The notes under the pieces are model-generated. The model made no database searches and was not told the origin of the DNA. It was given only the letters and a program-made list of their open reading frames with translations. The position numbers were made by a program, and so were the translations under genes. A DNA stretch of 63,998 nt, counting the filler, from Basidiobolus ranarum (taxonomy: Eukaryota): assembly GCA_040143965.1 (NCBI GenBank). It is 9 parts of 9 records of this genome, joined end to end, with 100 filler letters (N's around TTAATTAATTAA, not from the genome) between each part and the next. Parts side by side here need not be neighbours in the genome. Positions count along the whole stretch, not along the records: positions 1 to 7,093 come from JASJQH010001181.1; positions 7,194 to 14,273 come from JASJQH010001182.1; 7 more parts are not named here. One strand, given 5' to 3'. Shown piece by piece: positions 1-12,549 of the stretch; position 1 is the stretch's first letter, and the number at the start of each line of letters is the position of its first letter.

Positions 1-99
1 AAGATCTGGCCTTATGAACAAAGATTGCTCTAAAAGAATTGCAAAAGAAGAATAACATACTGAATCTAGAAATGAGGCTACACAGAGGATCCCTTGTCC

Positions 100-670
100 T
101 TATCTGCTTTAGCTATGACTACCAACAAGGATTCTCAGCCATTGTACATTAATTCTGGAACCTTTGAACATTTCACAAATGAAACAGGCTGGTTTGTTCA
201 TTATGTAGAAATCCCAATTAGAAGTGTTTTCATGTGAGATGACTACACTTTGGATGCCATTAGAATGGGAACAATTCAAGTCAATATAACTAGAGCCATT
301 GAAGAGAAAGTGTGTACTTTAAAGGATATGCTGCATGTTCCAGATATTGCCAAGAACTTAATGTCTGTGTGTAAGGCCTGCTCCAAAGGGCTAAAATTCA
401 GTTTTGATAAGTCAGGATGCATCATCACTGATCAAATTGGGAATTAGTTAACTTTGGGAGAAAAGGATAAGAACTTATACAATCTTACATATTATTCAAA
501 ATGTTTATGTGCAAATATAAGTCCTTCCAATCAAGAAACTATTTGATTTTGGCAAAAGAGATTTTGTCACATTGGATTTGTTTACTTGAGAAAAAAGATT
601 AAAAATGTCCTCATTTCTGGAATGCAAACTAACCCCCCAACCAAAATGGAAATTTGTGAGGGTTGAATAT
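100..670 (+). mobile_element. Degenerate Ty1/Copia pol fragment (protease to GAG-pre-integrase region)
   Basis: Reads YINSGTFEHFT...LKDMLHVPDIAKNLMSV...FWQKRFCHIG, matching Copia 'DSGAT.H', 'VLHVP.L..NL.SV' and 'WH.RLGH' motifs; in-frame stops present. Confidence 0.8.
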
Positions 671-1049
671 ATTAAAATGAGGTAAATAGCAGCTCATTAA
701 TTAGTAGTTAGTTTATTCATATTCAGAGAAGTTAGCACTCAATTCTGCAATTCAAAACATTGTTTATTGCTCTAATTGAAAGAAATATCCATCAGATCAC
801 TTTTGCCAATTTTCACTTTTTCTCCAAACTTCTCTAAACCATCTTAAACTTTCACCCATGGTTAACAGGCTTGTTTGTTATGATCTAAGCACATATAATG
901 GTTCTATATCATAGTAAACTGTTGATAGGACATCATCAATTTGATAAAGCTCAGATGTCTAATTCACAAATCCAAATCTTTTCCAAAACACTTCCAAATC
1001 CCTAAACACTTTGATCAGGTTATGCACCCCAAGCTAGCTATTAAAGGAA

Positions 1050-1620
1050 TGACTATTAGTATTATTACCAGTATTTCTGCATCTGCAGGGAAGTTTGATG
1101 GTGAAGACTTTCATCTTTGGAAGTTCAAGATGCAAATTAGATAGAAGAAAAAGACCTTGGGGTTTTGTTACAGGAGAAGAACTATAGCCAAAGGGATCAC
1201 CAGAAGCTCTCCTTGCCCTTTAGCAAGAAGCAGAGGAAAGCACTCTATACACTTTGTTTACATCTCAGAGACTCTCAATTGAGGCACATAAATTCAGCCA
1301 AAATCATCCAAACTACTGGGGAAACACTTTAGGGACTATATGAGACTGAATCTCTTGCTTATAGGCTATATCTTGGGCAAAAATTAATCTCAATTCAGAT
1401 GAATTCTGATGTTTCTATGGCAAATCTTGTAAATCAGATAAGAGGTATGGCAGATCAGCTCTCATCTATTGGAGCGTCTTTTAATGAGGATGACTTAGTC
1501 ATGACACAATATTAGGGAGCCTGCCAGACAAATTTGGAAACCTTTCAATTTCCCCAGAATCAAGATCAGAGCCATCAACAATAAAATATGTTAGTGCTAG
1601 GCTTTGAACAAGGAATCAAG
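1050..1620 (+). mobile_element. Degenerate Ty1/Copia gag fragment
   Basis: KFDGEDFHLWKFKMQI followed by frameshifted UBN2/Retrotran_gag_2-like helices (..VNQIRGMADQLSSIG..). Confidence 0.75.
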
Positions 1621-2857
1621 GAGATCTCATTAGAGTTGTAAAGATCCAACAGTTTTCAATAATGGTGCCTCTAATAGGAAATCAATAGACTTGTTCCATT
1701 GGACCAGGTCAGATTGTATCACTCAATCCAGCCTGCTACCACACCATCTAGTGCAATCTGTCAATTACCATGGCTAGGTCCTATAACACTTGATCAGACA
1801 CTATTAGAAACAAAATGGCACTATCCTATCACAATCAGACACAATGAATTTTTTTTGAGATATTGTGCCAGCCCATATCAAGTTACCCAATTTAGTTTTG
1901 CCACATTAAGTTTTTGGCCAACTGACAGAGCAAGTTCATCCCCTCTTTGTACCTTACCAATTACTGAATGTGCAACAATAAGCAATTTATACTATAATTA
2001 CCCAATCAAATGTTTAACCAAGACATTCACAAGCTTTCAGGCCAATCATTTGTCCCTCACTGACACAACATCCTGATTTTCAATTGGGCTCAATGGCTCC
2101 TGCATTATGAAACTCCAGTGGTTCTGGCGCACTGGTGACAAATTGCAGTACTCAATGATGGATTGATCTGCAGTATTATAGTAATGATCAGGATTGCTTG
2201 ATTCATCATTTTTAGATCAGCAATTCATTCATTCAATCATGTAAGTTTCTGATTGCATAAGAATGTGAATGAATTAAGCCATATTGAGCCAACACAGCTG
2301 CACAAGCTTTTTATTGACAAACATTTTTGGTATAATTATAGTGAAATTGCTTGTATTAATAGGCTATCATTAATTGTTGGCTATATGATGATTTCATGCT
2401 ATGAGTGTTTCATGAAGAAAAAAGCAATTGTGAGACAACTAAAGTGATTGATGCTATATTTAACTGCAATCCACATTGATTTTGCATGATGTGCTAAATG
2501 GTAAAGATAGGATAATGTAAGTATCAACAAGAGCATTCCACAGTTGCCCAGGTTTGTAGTAATATATGCTGCTTTGCTTCTGTTATTTTTGTTGTCTCCT
2601 TGATATTTCCACAGAAGAAACTTTGCTTGAACATCTGCACTGAGTTGGTTGGTTTGATCCTGCTGAAGTTCCTCTACCTTGGCCAGCATTAGTTGTGGCT
2701 TGAGGTCAATGTGCTGTGTTATGTGTTGGCTCATTAAGTGTAGTTTTTGATTTGTTTGTATCTTCAATCTCTTCTTCAGAGATGGAGACTTTACTTAATA
2801 GGTCAACCAGCCATTGCTGCTGGTGCCCAGCTCTACACGTCAACCTGGAATGTCTCG

Positions 2858-3260
2858 CCTAAGGTTTGTTCTTGACAGTTATTGATTCTTTAACCATGGT
2901 GGAAGCTTAAACTCTTTCAGCTGCCTGTGGCTATGGTCACATGGCAGTACATGTTGGAGCAAGTTGTCAATCTTGAGGTTTGTTTTTGACAGTTCTTGCC
3001 TCTTCAACCACAGTAGAATCTTCATCTCTTTCAACTGGCCATGGCCGCAGTCACATGGCTGTATGTATTGGAGCAAGTTGTCTACCTTGAGGTTTGCATT
3101 TGGCAGCTCTTGCCTCTTCAACCATGGTAGAAGCTTCATCTCTTTTGAATGGCCACTGTGACCTCTGTAGCATGGCAGAATGCATTGGAACATATTGCCT
3201 ACCTTGAGGTTTGTGTTTGACTGTTATGACTTCTTCAAGCTTAGTATGATCCTCACTAAC
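2858..3260. repeat. Diverged tandem repeat, about 4 units of 114-117 bp
   Basis: CTTGAGGTTTG-like anchor recurs at about 2859, 2972, 3086 and 3203, with similar flanks (CTCTTCAACCA.GGTAGAA, CATGGC, TTGGAGCAAGTTGTC). Confidence 0.75.
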
Positions 3261-4849
3261 TCTCTCAAACACCCATTGTCTTGGTCTCATGGGGGTACAT
3301 ATTGTAATGCATTGCTGTCTTAGTAGATTGGTCTCAGGTGTCAGATCTTCATCCAGCAAAGTGGAAGGTTCAATAATACATGCAGTTGGCATTTGTTGCT
3401 GTCACATGGTAGTACACATTAAACCTGTATATCTTTCTGGTGGCATGCTCCATGGAGCTGACTCTTCTCCAGATGTAAAAAGCTCACTGGTTGGTTTGGT
3501 TAAATCAGATAAATAGTGTGCTATGATGTGTGAGAATGCAGGCTGTCATCTTTCCAGTTCTTCATCAACTGCTTGCTCTTCATTAAAAATGGGAGAAACT
3601 TCACATACTCTCCCAAACCAGTGTCACTGCTGATGAGTACTACTAGCATATGACCCAACTCATTGGGCTCTGGCCCTTGATGGAGGTGTTACATCATTTC
3701 TAGTGGGCAGTTGTGTAGATTCTTCTTCTGGAATAGATATCTCATCAGGAATTTCTTTGAATTGGAGAGATCTAGTACATCAGTGCAACTATCTAGACTG
3801 CCCCAATTCACCTTTGGCAATATCTTCTGGTTCAATAAATTGTCTTGCTTTTCTCTTTACACCTCTGTTAATTACTCTTGCCATAGTGTCCTGAAAAGTC
3901 GTTTTGGACTCTGCAACCTCCTAAACAGTTGCTGCAAAATCTCATTGAGTAGTGGTAGATATCTATTGAGAACATCTTTTGTCTCTAAAGTTGAGGCTAC
4001 AGTGGTTGCTTCTGGTCCATATAAGCTAAAACACAATTGGAATTATGTCTTGGTGGACTCAAAATCATAATTCCTATTTCTCAATTGATGCATTCTATCC
4101 TCATGAGTCTTATTGTATATATTCTTGCAGACTTCTGAAGGCATGAAGATATAGTATTCTCTCCAAAGCAGAGTCAAAAGTTGCATCCACTTTTGTCTAA
4201 TACCCCTTCCCCAGCTTCTGTCAAGTTTATCAATAACTCCCATATATCCAAGCAACAATTCAAAGTGGATACCTGGGCATCTGTAAAATCATTAGGCGTG
4301 TGCTGCTTTGTGCCACCCATACCTTTATTCAACTGCATGAGCAAAATTTTGGAAGTGGTGGTTTCCTGTACCTAAGTAGGTTATGAATCAGGAAGAATCT
4401 GTTTTGACGTGATATATTACTATCATATATTTAGCTGTGATGTTAGACTTTATTGATTTCAATCAGAATTAGGGATCTGTTTATAGAATCGGTTAAAATG
4501 TCCAAGTTAATTTTCTATAGTGTGATCAAGTATAATGTTTTCTGCTTTGAACCATTTTGATATGTATGCAAAATAAACTGATTCAGATTAAAAATCATTA
4601 ACTTTGCTGATGTAGTTTATTATGTTATTTCCATGAAATTACCCATAATTGAAATAATTAGGATAATAAATGCAAACAGAAATTTTATTGTACAAAATGT
4701 AGGGAATTTTACCATGATGATTGCCATTCTTATATAAATAACTCATGCATGCCAGATCAATCAGTATTGTGCCAGCTACATACAAGATTAAAATCATGCT
4801 CTCCATCTACTCTAAATGGTCATTCCTCATTAATCCAAAGGCAACTACT

Positions 4850-5680
4850 AGCTTTGCTATCACCACCCTAAAGGCTATATTTGAGAAATACTGTGGCTCA
4901 TATACTCCAGTACCTACCAGAAAGCAGCTAGTAAATTTGTTTTGTTACTACAAAAACTATTGTCCAATCAGATTTCAGTGCACTATTCATGGTAGCAAAA
5001 GTGGGAGAAGCTTCCATACCAGGCTTCACATAAGAGAGAGTTATCTGCTTCAGTGATGAATGATGTTGAAGGTGCCTGAGACAAAAGACTTAGAGACTCT
5101 AATTTCCTTCCATTTCCTGGAGTATTTCTCAATAGAGTTCATATCAGAAGTATTCTTGACACTTTTCCAGTCAGAATTAACAGGCCCAAAAGCAACCAAC
5201 AGCTATTTTATTCTGGCAAGTACAAAGCCTACTATGTAAAGTTCCAGGCTTGGACAGATTTGGAAGCAAACATCATTTGGTTTAGTGGGCCACATCTAGG
5301 GAGACATCATGACAAAAGGCTTTGGTTGACAGGCATGCACCATTTGTAAGACATGAGAAGACTATGGCTGATTTGGCATATGCTGGGGAAGAATGCAGAA
5401 GGCTAGGATGTGTCACAGCTAACAAGAGGCCCAGAGGAGGGATACTCACAGAGAGGCAAAAGCTTGATAATCATATTTTTTCCCATTTTGGAGCAAGAGT
5501 AAAACTTAGCTTTGGTTTCCTAAAGAGATATAACACTGTGGCAGGAAGGTATAGAAGACAATAATTTTGTGTGCCTTAATCAATGTTAGGCAAAGTAGTC
5601 AAAATCTTGATTAATTTGCAAAACATTGATACTCAAAGATATTGATTGAGTGCTCTAGACTTAAGACACTATGAATAAAG
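4850..5680 (+). mobile_element. Degenerate PIF/Harbinger- or ISL2EU-like DDE transposase (DDE_Tnp_4 family)
   Basis: LDTFPVRINRP...FYSGKYK...GPHLGRHHD, then after a frameshift MADLAYAG...KRPRGGILTERQKLDN...RVKLSFGFLK. Confidence 0.75.
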
Positions 5681-5865
5681 CTTTCATCATCTTTTGAATA
5701 TGAAATAATGTCTGAAAGTACTTTTCCTATATGTACCACAAATGTAATATCACTGTTTCTGAAATGATAAAGAACATCATGCTGGATAGTGCCCCATCAT
5801 GTCAGTTTGTGCTGGCACACTTTCTAGCTGGCCTGATCTGGCTGAATAAAATAGAACAAGTCTAA

Positions 5866-7093
5866 TTGTCTGCAAATGTTGCAAGAAACATGGCCACATA
5901 CTCATGGATTGCAGAAAAATGATTGTTGCCAAAAAGCTAAAATTGGAACAAGCAAATCAAGTAAGCACTGTCAGGGATCATCTATTTGAGTCTGCCCAAT
6001 CAGTACCCACTAAGGAAGACTCAGATGTTTGGTACATTGATTCAGAAGCTATTCAACCAATGTCAAACAAGAAGATTGGTTTTCCAGCTTAAAACCTATC
6101 TAAACAAGGAAAGTCTACTCCAGTAATGACTTTGCCCTAGATATAGTAGGGAAAGGCACAGTGGAGCTCTATTTAGACTATATTTCAGCTACACCATCAG
6201 CAAAATTGGAAGATGTACTCTATGTACCAAATACAGCCAAGAATTTACACTCAGAAAGTCAAGCAACAACTCAAAGACCAAAGGTTGCATTCAACAGGCT
6301 GGATGCACTAGCATAGATCAGAATAATACCAAATTAGCTACGGCAATCAAAACTCAAACTCATACAAGCTAGAAGTCAACAAGTTTCATTCAAGCATGCA
6401 AACATGGTCAAAACCAGTCAGAAAGTCTGTTAAACATGGCATAGAAGATTAGGTCACATTGGAGAATATAAACTGACACAAATGATCTGAAATCAGCTGG
6501 TGTCGGGCCGAGATATGGATAATATCACTAAATTGGATATGTGTGAAGGTTGCATATTTGGAAAGTGTCACAAACAGCCATTTTGAAGCTGGGGAGAGAT
6601 TAAATCCATTCATAATTTTGCACCTGTGCCTTCTGACCTAGGTAGCCCCATGAAAAATTTCTCACTTGGTGGCAAAAGGTACTTTATGATCTGTATCAAT
6701 GAAAAAACAAGATACACCTGGATATTCTTTCTCCAATCAGAATCTGAAGCGTTAGCTACACTTAAGCACTACAAAGCAATGGTAGACAAAGAATCAGCAC
6801 AAAAAACAATGGTACTATGGAGTGACAATGGTGGAGGACACTGCTCTAAAGACATAGCTAGTTTCTTTTCTGAAAATGGAATTGAGCAATAGGAAGACCA
6901 TAGTGGAGATGGCAAGATCAATGTTACATGATCAAAAGTTAGATTACCAAGATTGAGCTGAATATGTCTCCACTGCAATCCATGTCAAGAACAGATGCCA
7001 AACAAGATTACTACAAAATTCTACTCCTTTTGAAGCCCTGTATGGATCAAAACCAAGTGTGAATCATTGCAGGATCTTTGATTGCACAGCATC
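5866..7093 (+). mobile_element. Degenerate Ty1/Copia gag-pol (CCHC knuckle, protease, integrase), cut by contig end
   Basis: CKCCKKHGHILMDC zinc knuckle; WYIDSEA protease; WHRRLGHIG; CEGCIFGK; RYFMICINEKTRYTW...WSDNGGG integrase core; many stops and frameshifts. Confidence 0.85.
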
Positions 7094-7193
7094 NNNNNNN
7101 NNNNNNNNNNNNNNNNNNNNNNNNNNNNNNNNNNNNNTTAATTAATTAANNNNNNNNNNNNNNNNNNNNNNNNNNNNNNNNNNNNNNNNNNNN
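7094..7193. other. Artificial contig linker N44-TTAATTAATTAA-N44; also at 14274-14373, 21451-21550, 28623-28722, 35783-35882, 42939-43038, 50088-50187 and 57232-57331
   Basis: Identical 100-bp spacer with stops in all six frames; intervening segments shrink steadily (7080, 7077, 7072, 7060, 7056, 7049, 7044 bp). Confidence 0.97.
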
Positions 7194-8474
7194 GATTTAA
7201 GTGCAGATATACACGTAAAATTCACATGTTAGGAGGCATATTAGATATCAAAGCAGCGTGGATTTAATGGAATGTACAAATTATCAGGTGAACATGTGCA
7301 AAAGGTAATGCGATAGATTAGCAGGCTGCCAATGAAGCATCGTTCAGAAATTTAGAACTAGCAGTAATAGTAACGGCTACATACAAAATGTATAGAGTGT
7401 AGAGTTATGTAAATGAAAACATGTATTGCGTTGAGCCATGCAAATTACCTCTAGCTATAACAATCTATTGGCTCCTCCCGTTGCTGACTCCTTATTGCTC
7501 GCCTAGTGATAGACAATAAAGTAGTAAATAATAATCGATTTGCTGTCCAATCCAGATAGCATGAATTTCAGGATTCAAATGACCTGCCAAAGGGCAGTTT
7601 TTCCAACCCATCAATATGGTTGGCATTATAGGGTCCTATTATATTAATACTACATAAATAGAAATCTGGGATTTAATTAGTAGCACAGACAGTAGGGTTC
7701 ATATATGATGATATAATTAACATATGCATGTTTCATCCGACGTTTCATTTGTGAGTCAACGGCAGCCACTGGGACCGCAAGAGTAGCTTCTAAGAATCAG
7801 GTTGAGATGGGTAATGATTGTACGCTTATGCCAAGTTTTCCATTCTAGACAGGGACTTAAGTACCACTCGATGATACTCAACTCTCATGGCGAGACGTTT
7901 GGAAGTATGACTATCTTTTTCTCTACTTGAGATTATTTAGCAAACTAATCTAACAACGCGAAGAATTCTAGTTATTCTGGAGCATATCGTGCACATGAAG
8001 AGATATCATGGGCTTCGGAGAAGTAGACACCTAGAAATTTACACAGCCTAAGATGTTCAGTAGAAGTTTCTTAGGGATCAGCGAGAGGTGAGGCTAAGAA
8101 AGTCTTCAGGCTCGGACTTAAGTTATCCAAAAGAGAGATGGATGATTTCGAAGGTTCCAGTCTATGACAAGCATAACTAGATTCTCAATTCGATTACACC
8201 GTTTCATCAGTTTACATTGTTCATAGTAGAGAATCTTAGGTCTAACTGGCACTCTATAAATCAATAATGCTCAGCTAATCTTATTTAATCATTAAAACCC
8301 AACGGCCTAGGGCTCGAAGGAACTAATGCAAGACATTACACAGATCAACGTCAGCTTGAGAGTGTGGCAAATAAAAGACTTAAATATTATATTGATACAT
8401 AAATGATCATAATAAGTGGGCGTTTTTCTCAAGGTTTCAGGGAAGGAGGTTGGAATGGAAAGGTGTTACGTTGC

Positions 8475-10511
8475 TCAACTTAGATCGATCAAATCCTTGG
8501 TGAAATCATTACTAGTAAACGCTCGTTCAACAACAGGACAATGCAACAATTCTTCCGCATTATCAAACAGCGGCCACAACTCGGGTGGTAGGCCTGCGAA
8601 AGTTTGAGCAATTCTGGCTTGGAATTTTTGTAGAGGGCTAAGTTGCGGCTCTTGTTCAGATTCTGCTATATCTCGTGTACGAGAGCGGAAAGAAATGGTA
8701 TTCAATGGGAACGACCTAGTTGTGTTTGTGGGTGGAGGTGGAGTATTCGATAACCGGCTAGTGGATACATCTCGTATGAATATTTTCAATATTTGATCAG
8801 GAAATTCACGAGCAATCTTGGAATACCTAGCAATTACTGTTAACAGTGCACGGATCGAAAGGAGCAGGCACAAACTTACAATTCCATATCGAGTTCACCA
8901 CTGTCGCCCACTAGAATAAATTTGCGATGCGGGAAATCCTATGGATGACGTTAGCTAAATGAGCTATCATAGTGACGATAGATATACAAGTACCTTCAGA
9001 ATTTCCAAAATTGCTTCTTTCTTGCCGATATCCGCGGATTGCCATAACTTGCCCCATTTGTCAACCATCTTTAAATGGGCACTACCCACCGGAAATGTGA
9101 ACTTCTCAAAGAATGACTCAAGTGTCGGAAAGAGTTCCCAAGGAGAATTACTCACATAATGAATAGATGCACCTTTGAACCACTACAAAACTCGATGTAA
9201 GATATTTATCTCGATATAATTCAGCATTTTCAGCTTACCCAATAATGATAAACGTTGGCCATTCCGGGTACCTGTTTTATGTACCAAAAGTTAGTAAAAG
9301 GTCCTACGGGCATCATGATAGAATAGTACCTCTTTAAGATCCTGCAAGAATGTGTTGGTAAGAATCTCACGGGTACCCAGGGAAACATTTGATGCTTTAA
9401 TGGTATCGTCAATATCCTATAACAATACGTGAAAAATATCAATCACTGAACACTGAGAGCAATATAGACTTGAGAAGTACCGAAATAATTGATATTCCAT
9501 AGGGCTCAATCAAGTTTACAACACCATAAGCAGGATTCGCTAAAGTAAGCCCAGCGTTAATACGAATCGCAATGAAAATCAACTGTAGCATAGAGTAGTA
9601 TACCAAATTCCGTTGCTGTAGCTCGTACTTTAAGCAGTTTTCTACTTCCATCCTTCGGATCACACATTATCTTGGCGTCGACAAGTTGGCTAGGCGCTTC
9701 GATACACCCTGAGAAGTGTCCCGCTTCTGGCTCCAAGACCGTCTCCAAAGCAGATCCTCCATGAATACTGCTTGCGTCAGATTCATTGAGTTCACCATTA
9801 AGCTCCATTTGGCTTGCTTCAGTGAAGCCAACTACTTTAATGTTGACTTGAGGTATCTGTGCTCGCGAAACTAAGAATAACCGTGACCGTGCTTCCAAAG
9901 TAGAGCATATTTCGTGATGATTAGACACGCCAGCAAGTCTCTTTGCAAAGCCTAAGATCCAAAGTTAATCGTTATAAAAAAAGTGAATAAATATGTGCTA
10001 TATATTACCTAGCATCACTTTTTTACGTCGACTTCCTTTGTTAGTACAAAATACCCATCCCTTCACTTTGGCAGTCCAATGGGGTTCGTTGTATTCATCT
10101 ATTTAAGGCAAAGGATGAGTCAAGTTTTAGTTGATACCAAATTCGATGTCTAGAAAAAAGAATGATACCAAAGCTTTTCTTAGCGTAAGTAGGGAACATC
10201 AAGCATTCGTGCACCAAATTTTTGACTTCTTCTGGTGGAAATGCTGCTTCTGTCTGTTTACAAATATCCTCTTTTGGTTCTAAAGCGGGTTCACTCCAAG
10301 TACCATTTTTTTGAAATGCTTGATGCTCTGAGCTATAAGGAATAGGCTCTGAACGTGTCGATGTATTGGTAAATTTTCGAGTAGGAGAGGTATAGAAATC
10401 CCTGTCGCTAGAGTTTGTGTCAAATTGAGGATTTGATTCTTCTTCCTTGCCATCTCGTTTTGGACGAGCTGGTAAGGAGGGTGGATTTGTACGGTTCAGT
10501 TGTGTATCCAT
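8475..10511 (-). CDS. APP1: App1-like phosphatidate phosphatase (multi-exon; start approximate)
   Basis: Spliced segments give ISDIDDTIK (DxDxT), VSNSPWELF, DFPHRKFILVGDSGE.D, YSKIAREFPDQILKIFIRDV. Confidence 0.85.
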
Positions 10512-11334
10512 TGTACGTTTACACTTCCAGACCTGTGCCTCAAGATATTATGAAGAAAACTACTTCCATATCACGTGAAGATTCAGTAGCAGTGACTTCA
10601 TATCTGAAATAACTCAAGGGTTACACCGTTACCAAAATTGTTAAAGTGGTAATTATATTACTATATAATATCAATTAATTTTAGATCGTCATCAAAAAAT
10701 ATTGATAAATAGACTATTCAAATTGTAATTGAGGCGGATAGAGATAAATAAAGTAAAAGTTAGATGTGAAGATTATGTCAAGTATTATTCAAGACACCAC
10801 GCCTTGTGTACTATTCAAGGATGGGTTTTTTTCGCTGCGATCAGTGCTGTATATTCACACTTTACAGGATGAATATATATTTTGGATTAGCTGTTAGTTA
10901 TTTATAGAAGCTATTTGAATTTCAAGTAGCCCCCAAAATACACAATCCAAGTAGTTGGGCAAATCTTGATTCAAACCGCCCCATGCAAATCCCTGAATCA
11001 CTACTCTAAGCATAATCTTTTCTGAATCGATGACAGCCTCAATTTGTGTGGATGCTATAAGCTATCAGGCTTGTATCAGCAGTGTATTGGGGAGAATATG
11101 GTGCATTTCACTGTGTCCAGAGGCTTGCATATTCTGTTCACTACATTTATTCATATTGAGTATGGACTTTGTTGATTACATTCCGTGCACTGCCTGACAA
11201 TATGGTGATGGTGGCTGATGGGAAAGTACGGCAAGGATGAAAATGAGAATGGAGTCAAAGTGTGCCTCGAGTATGACGGCAGTGCTGGTGACGATAATGA
11301 TGGATATCGCTGGGAAAATAGCTTATTTAATTAA

Positions 11335-11468
11335 CTCGACGATCATATTGTGATGGACTTCCTCGAGGTCAAAAGGTTTTCAGGATCTGCACGAACTTCA
11401 TTGGTCTGGAAATGAAGATTGGCAGTCCATTCACCACTAGCTTGTTTTTGGCTAAAGTGAGAGTATAT
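11335..11468 (-). repeat. Inverted duplicate of the 3' end of the M64 peptidase gene
   Basis: Reverse complement matches about 14139-14273, with a run of about 90 bp identical (AAACAAGCTAGTGGTGAATGG...GACCTCGAGGAAGTC). Confidence 0.9.
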
Positions 11469-12549
11469 ATCAATTTCTTATCTGTAGCTTTGACAAAGCG
11501 TTTAGCATTTAAAGCCTATTTATCATGTGGCTAAATGATCTGTTGATATCGATACCCTACCAATCTTTACCCTATGTATGAGTTAGCTAGGTCGATCAGC
11601 TGTAGTAAAGGTAATCCGCATAAATATGAAGTCATCCAGCCCAATACACACCAGATACTATCAATAGATGTGGATTTCTACCTCTAAAAACACAATGAAA
11701 GTTATGTTCTGTACGTGAGAGAATTCCATTGAATGGCCTCTCTTGACGGATCGGCAGGCTTTGACCATAGTGTCGCAAGCTTTCATATTCTCAATCCTCT
11801 TTAACCACACAGTTAATGTGTGAGCATACTTTATATGGCCCTGATTTGAGATAATCATTTAGAGTTTTACTACATAGACGCTTCACTCACGGACTAATGA
11901 ATGGAGAAATAATATACACCCTGGGGCCTGTTGTTAAGCTCCATTAGTCCATTGCTGAGATCAATTTCTATTTGAAGGTGTCCTGTTCTATTGGCCAGGC
12001 TAAGTTTTCGTTGCACATGACTATCTAAATAGTTGATAAAAGGAATGCAGAGCCTAGAGACTAAGATTAGATGAAACAAGACCCAGGTAAGGCTATTAAA
12101 AAGCATTTTCAAGTGCGACAACAAAATGATCTGGCCTAAAAATCGATGTTCCAGAGATTCGTCACTAGTGATAAACAAGCTCATTGCATAAATCAAATAG
12201 CTACCACGTGGTTGGTATACTGATGATGAAGTTCAGCCCAATACTGCTTTTCACTAAGCTGCTTGCAGGGCTGGGTAGGTGACTGCATCTGTCAAGTAAT
12301 TGGGTAATTTGGTCCAAATACATATTCAGACAGGTAGATTCATACAATAGTGGGGTACAGGATTGATGTACATGAAATATTGGAACCACCAATCATCTTG
12401 ATTCAACTAAAAATATATGAGCAGTAAAAGGTAGTAATGTTCTCATATCTTTGAAACAAGAACAAACCTCAAGTGTATTCGACCTCACTACATTTTCTAA
12501 TATATATAGCTCGGGAAATGTGAGATCATTGTAGCTCATTTAAGCCATA

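Noticed and set aside
7138-7149. TTAATTAATTAA palindrome recurring every ~7.1 kb
   Set aside because: Synthetic six-frame stop linker inside N runs, not biological
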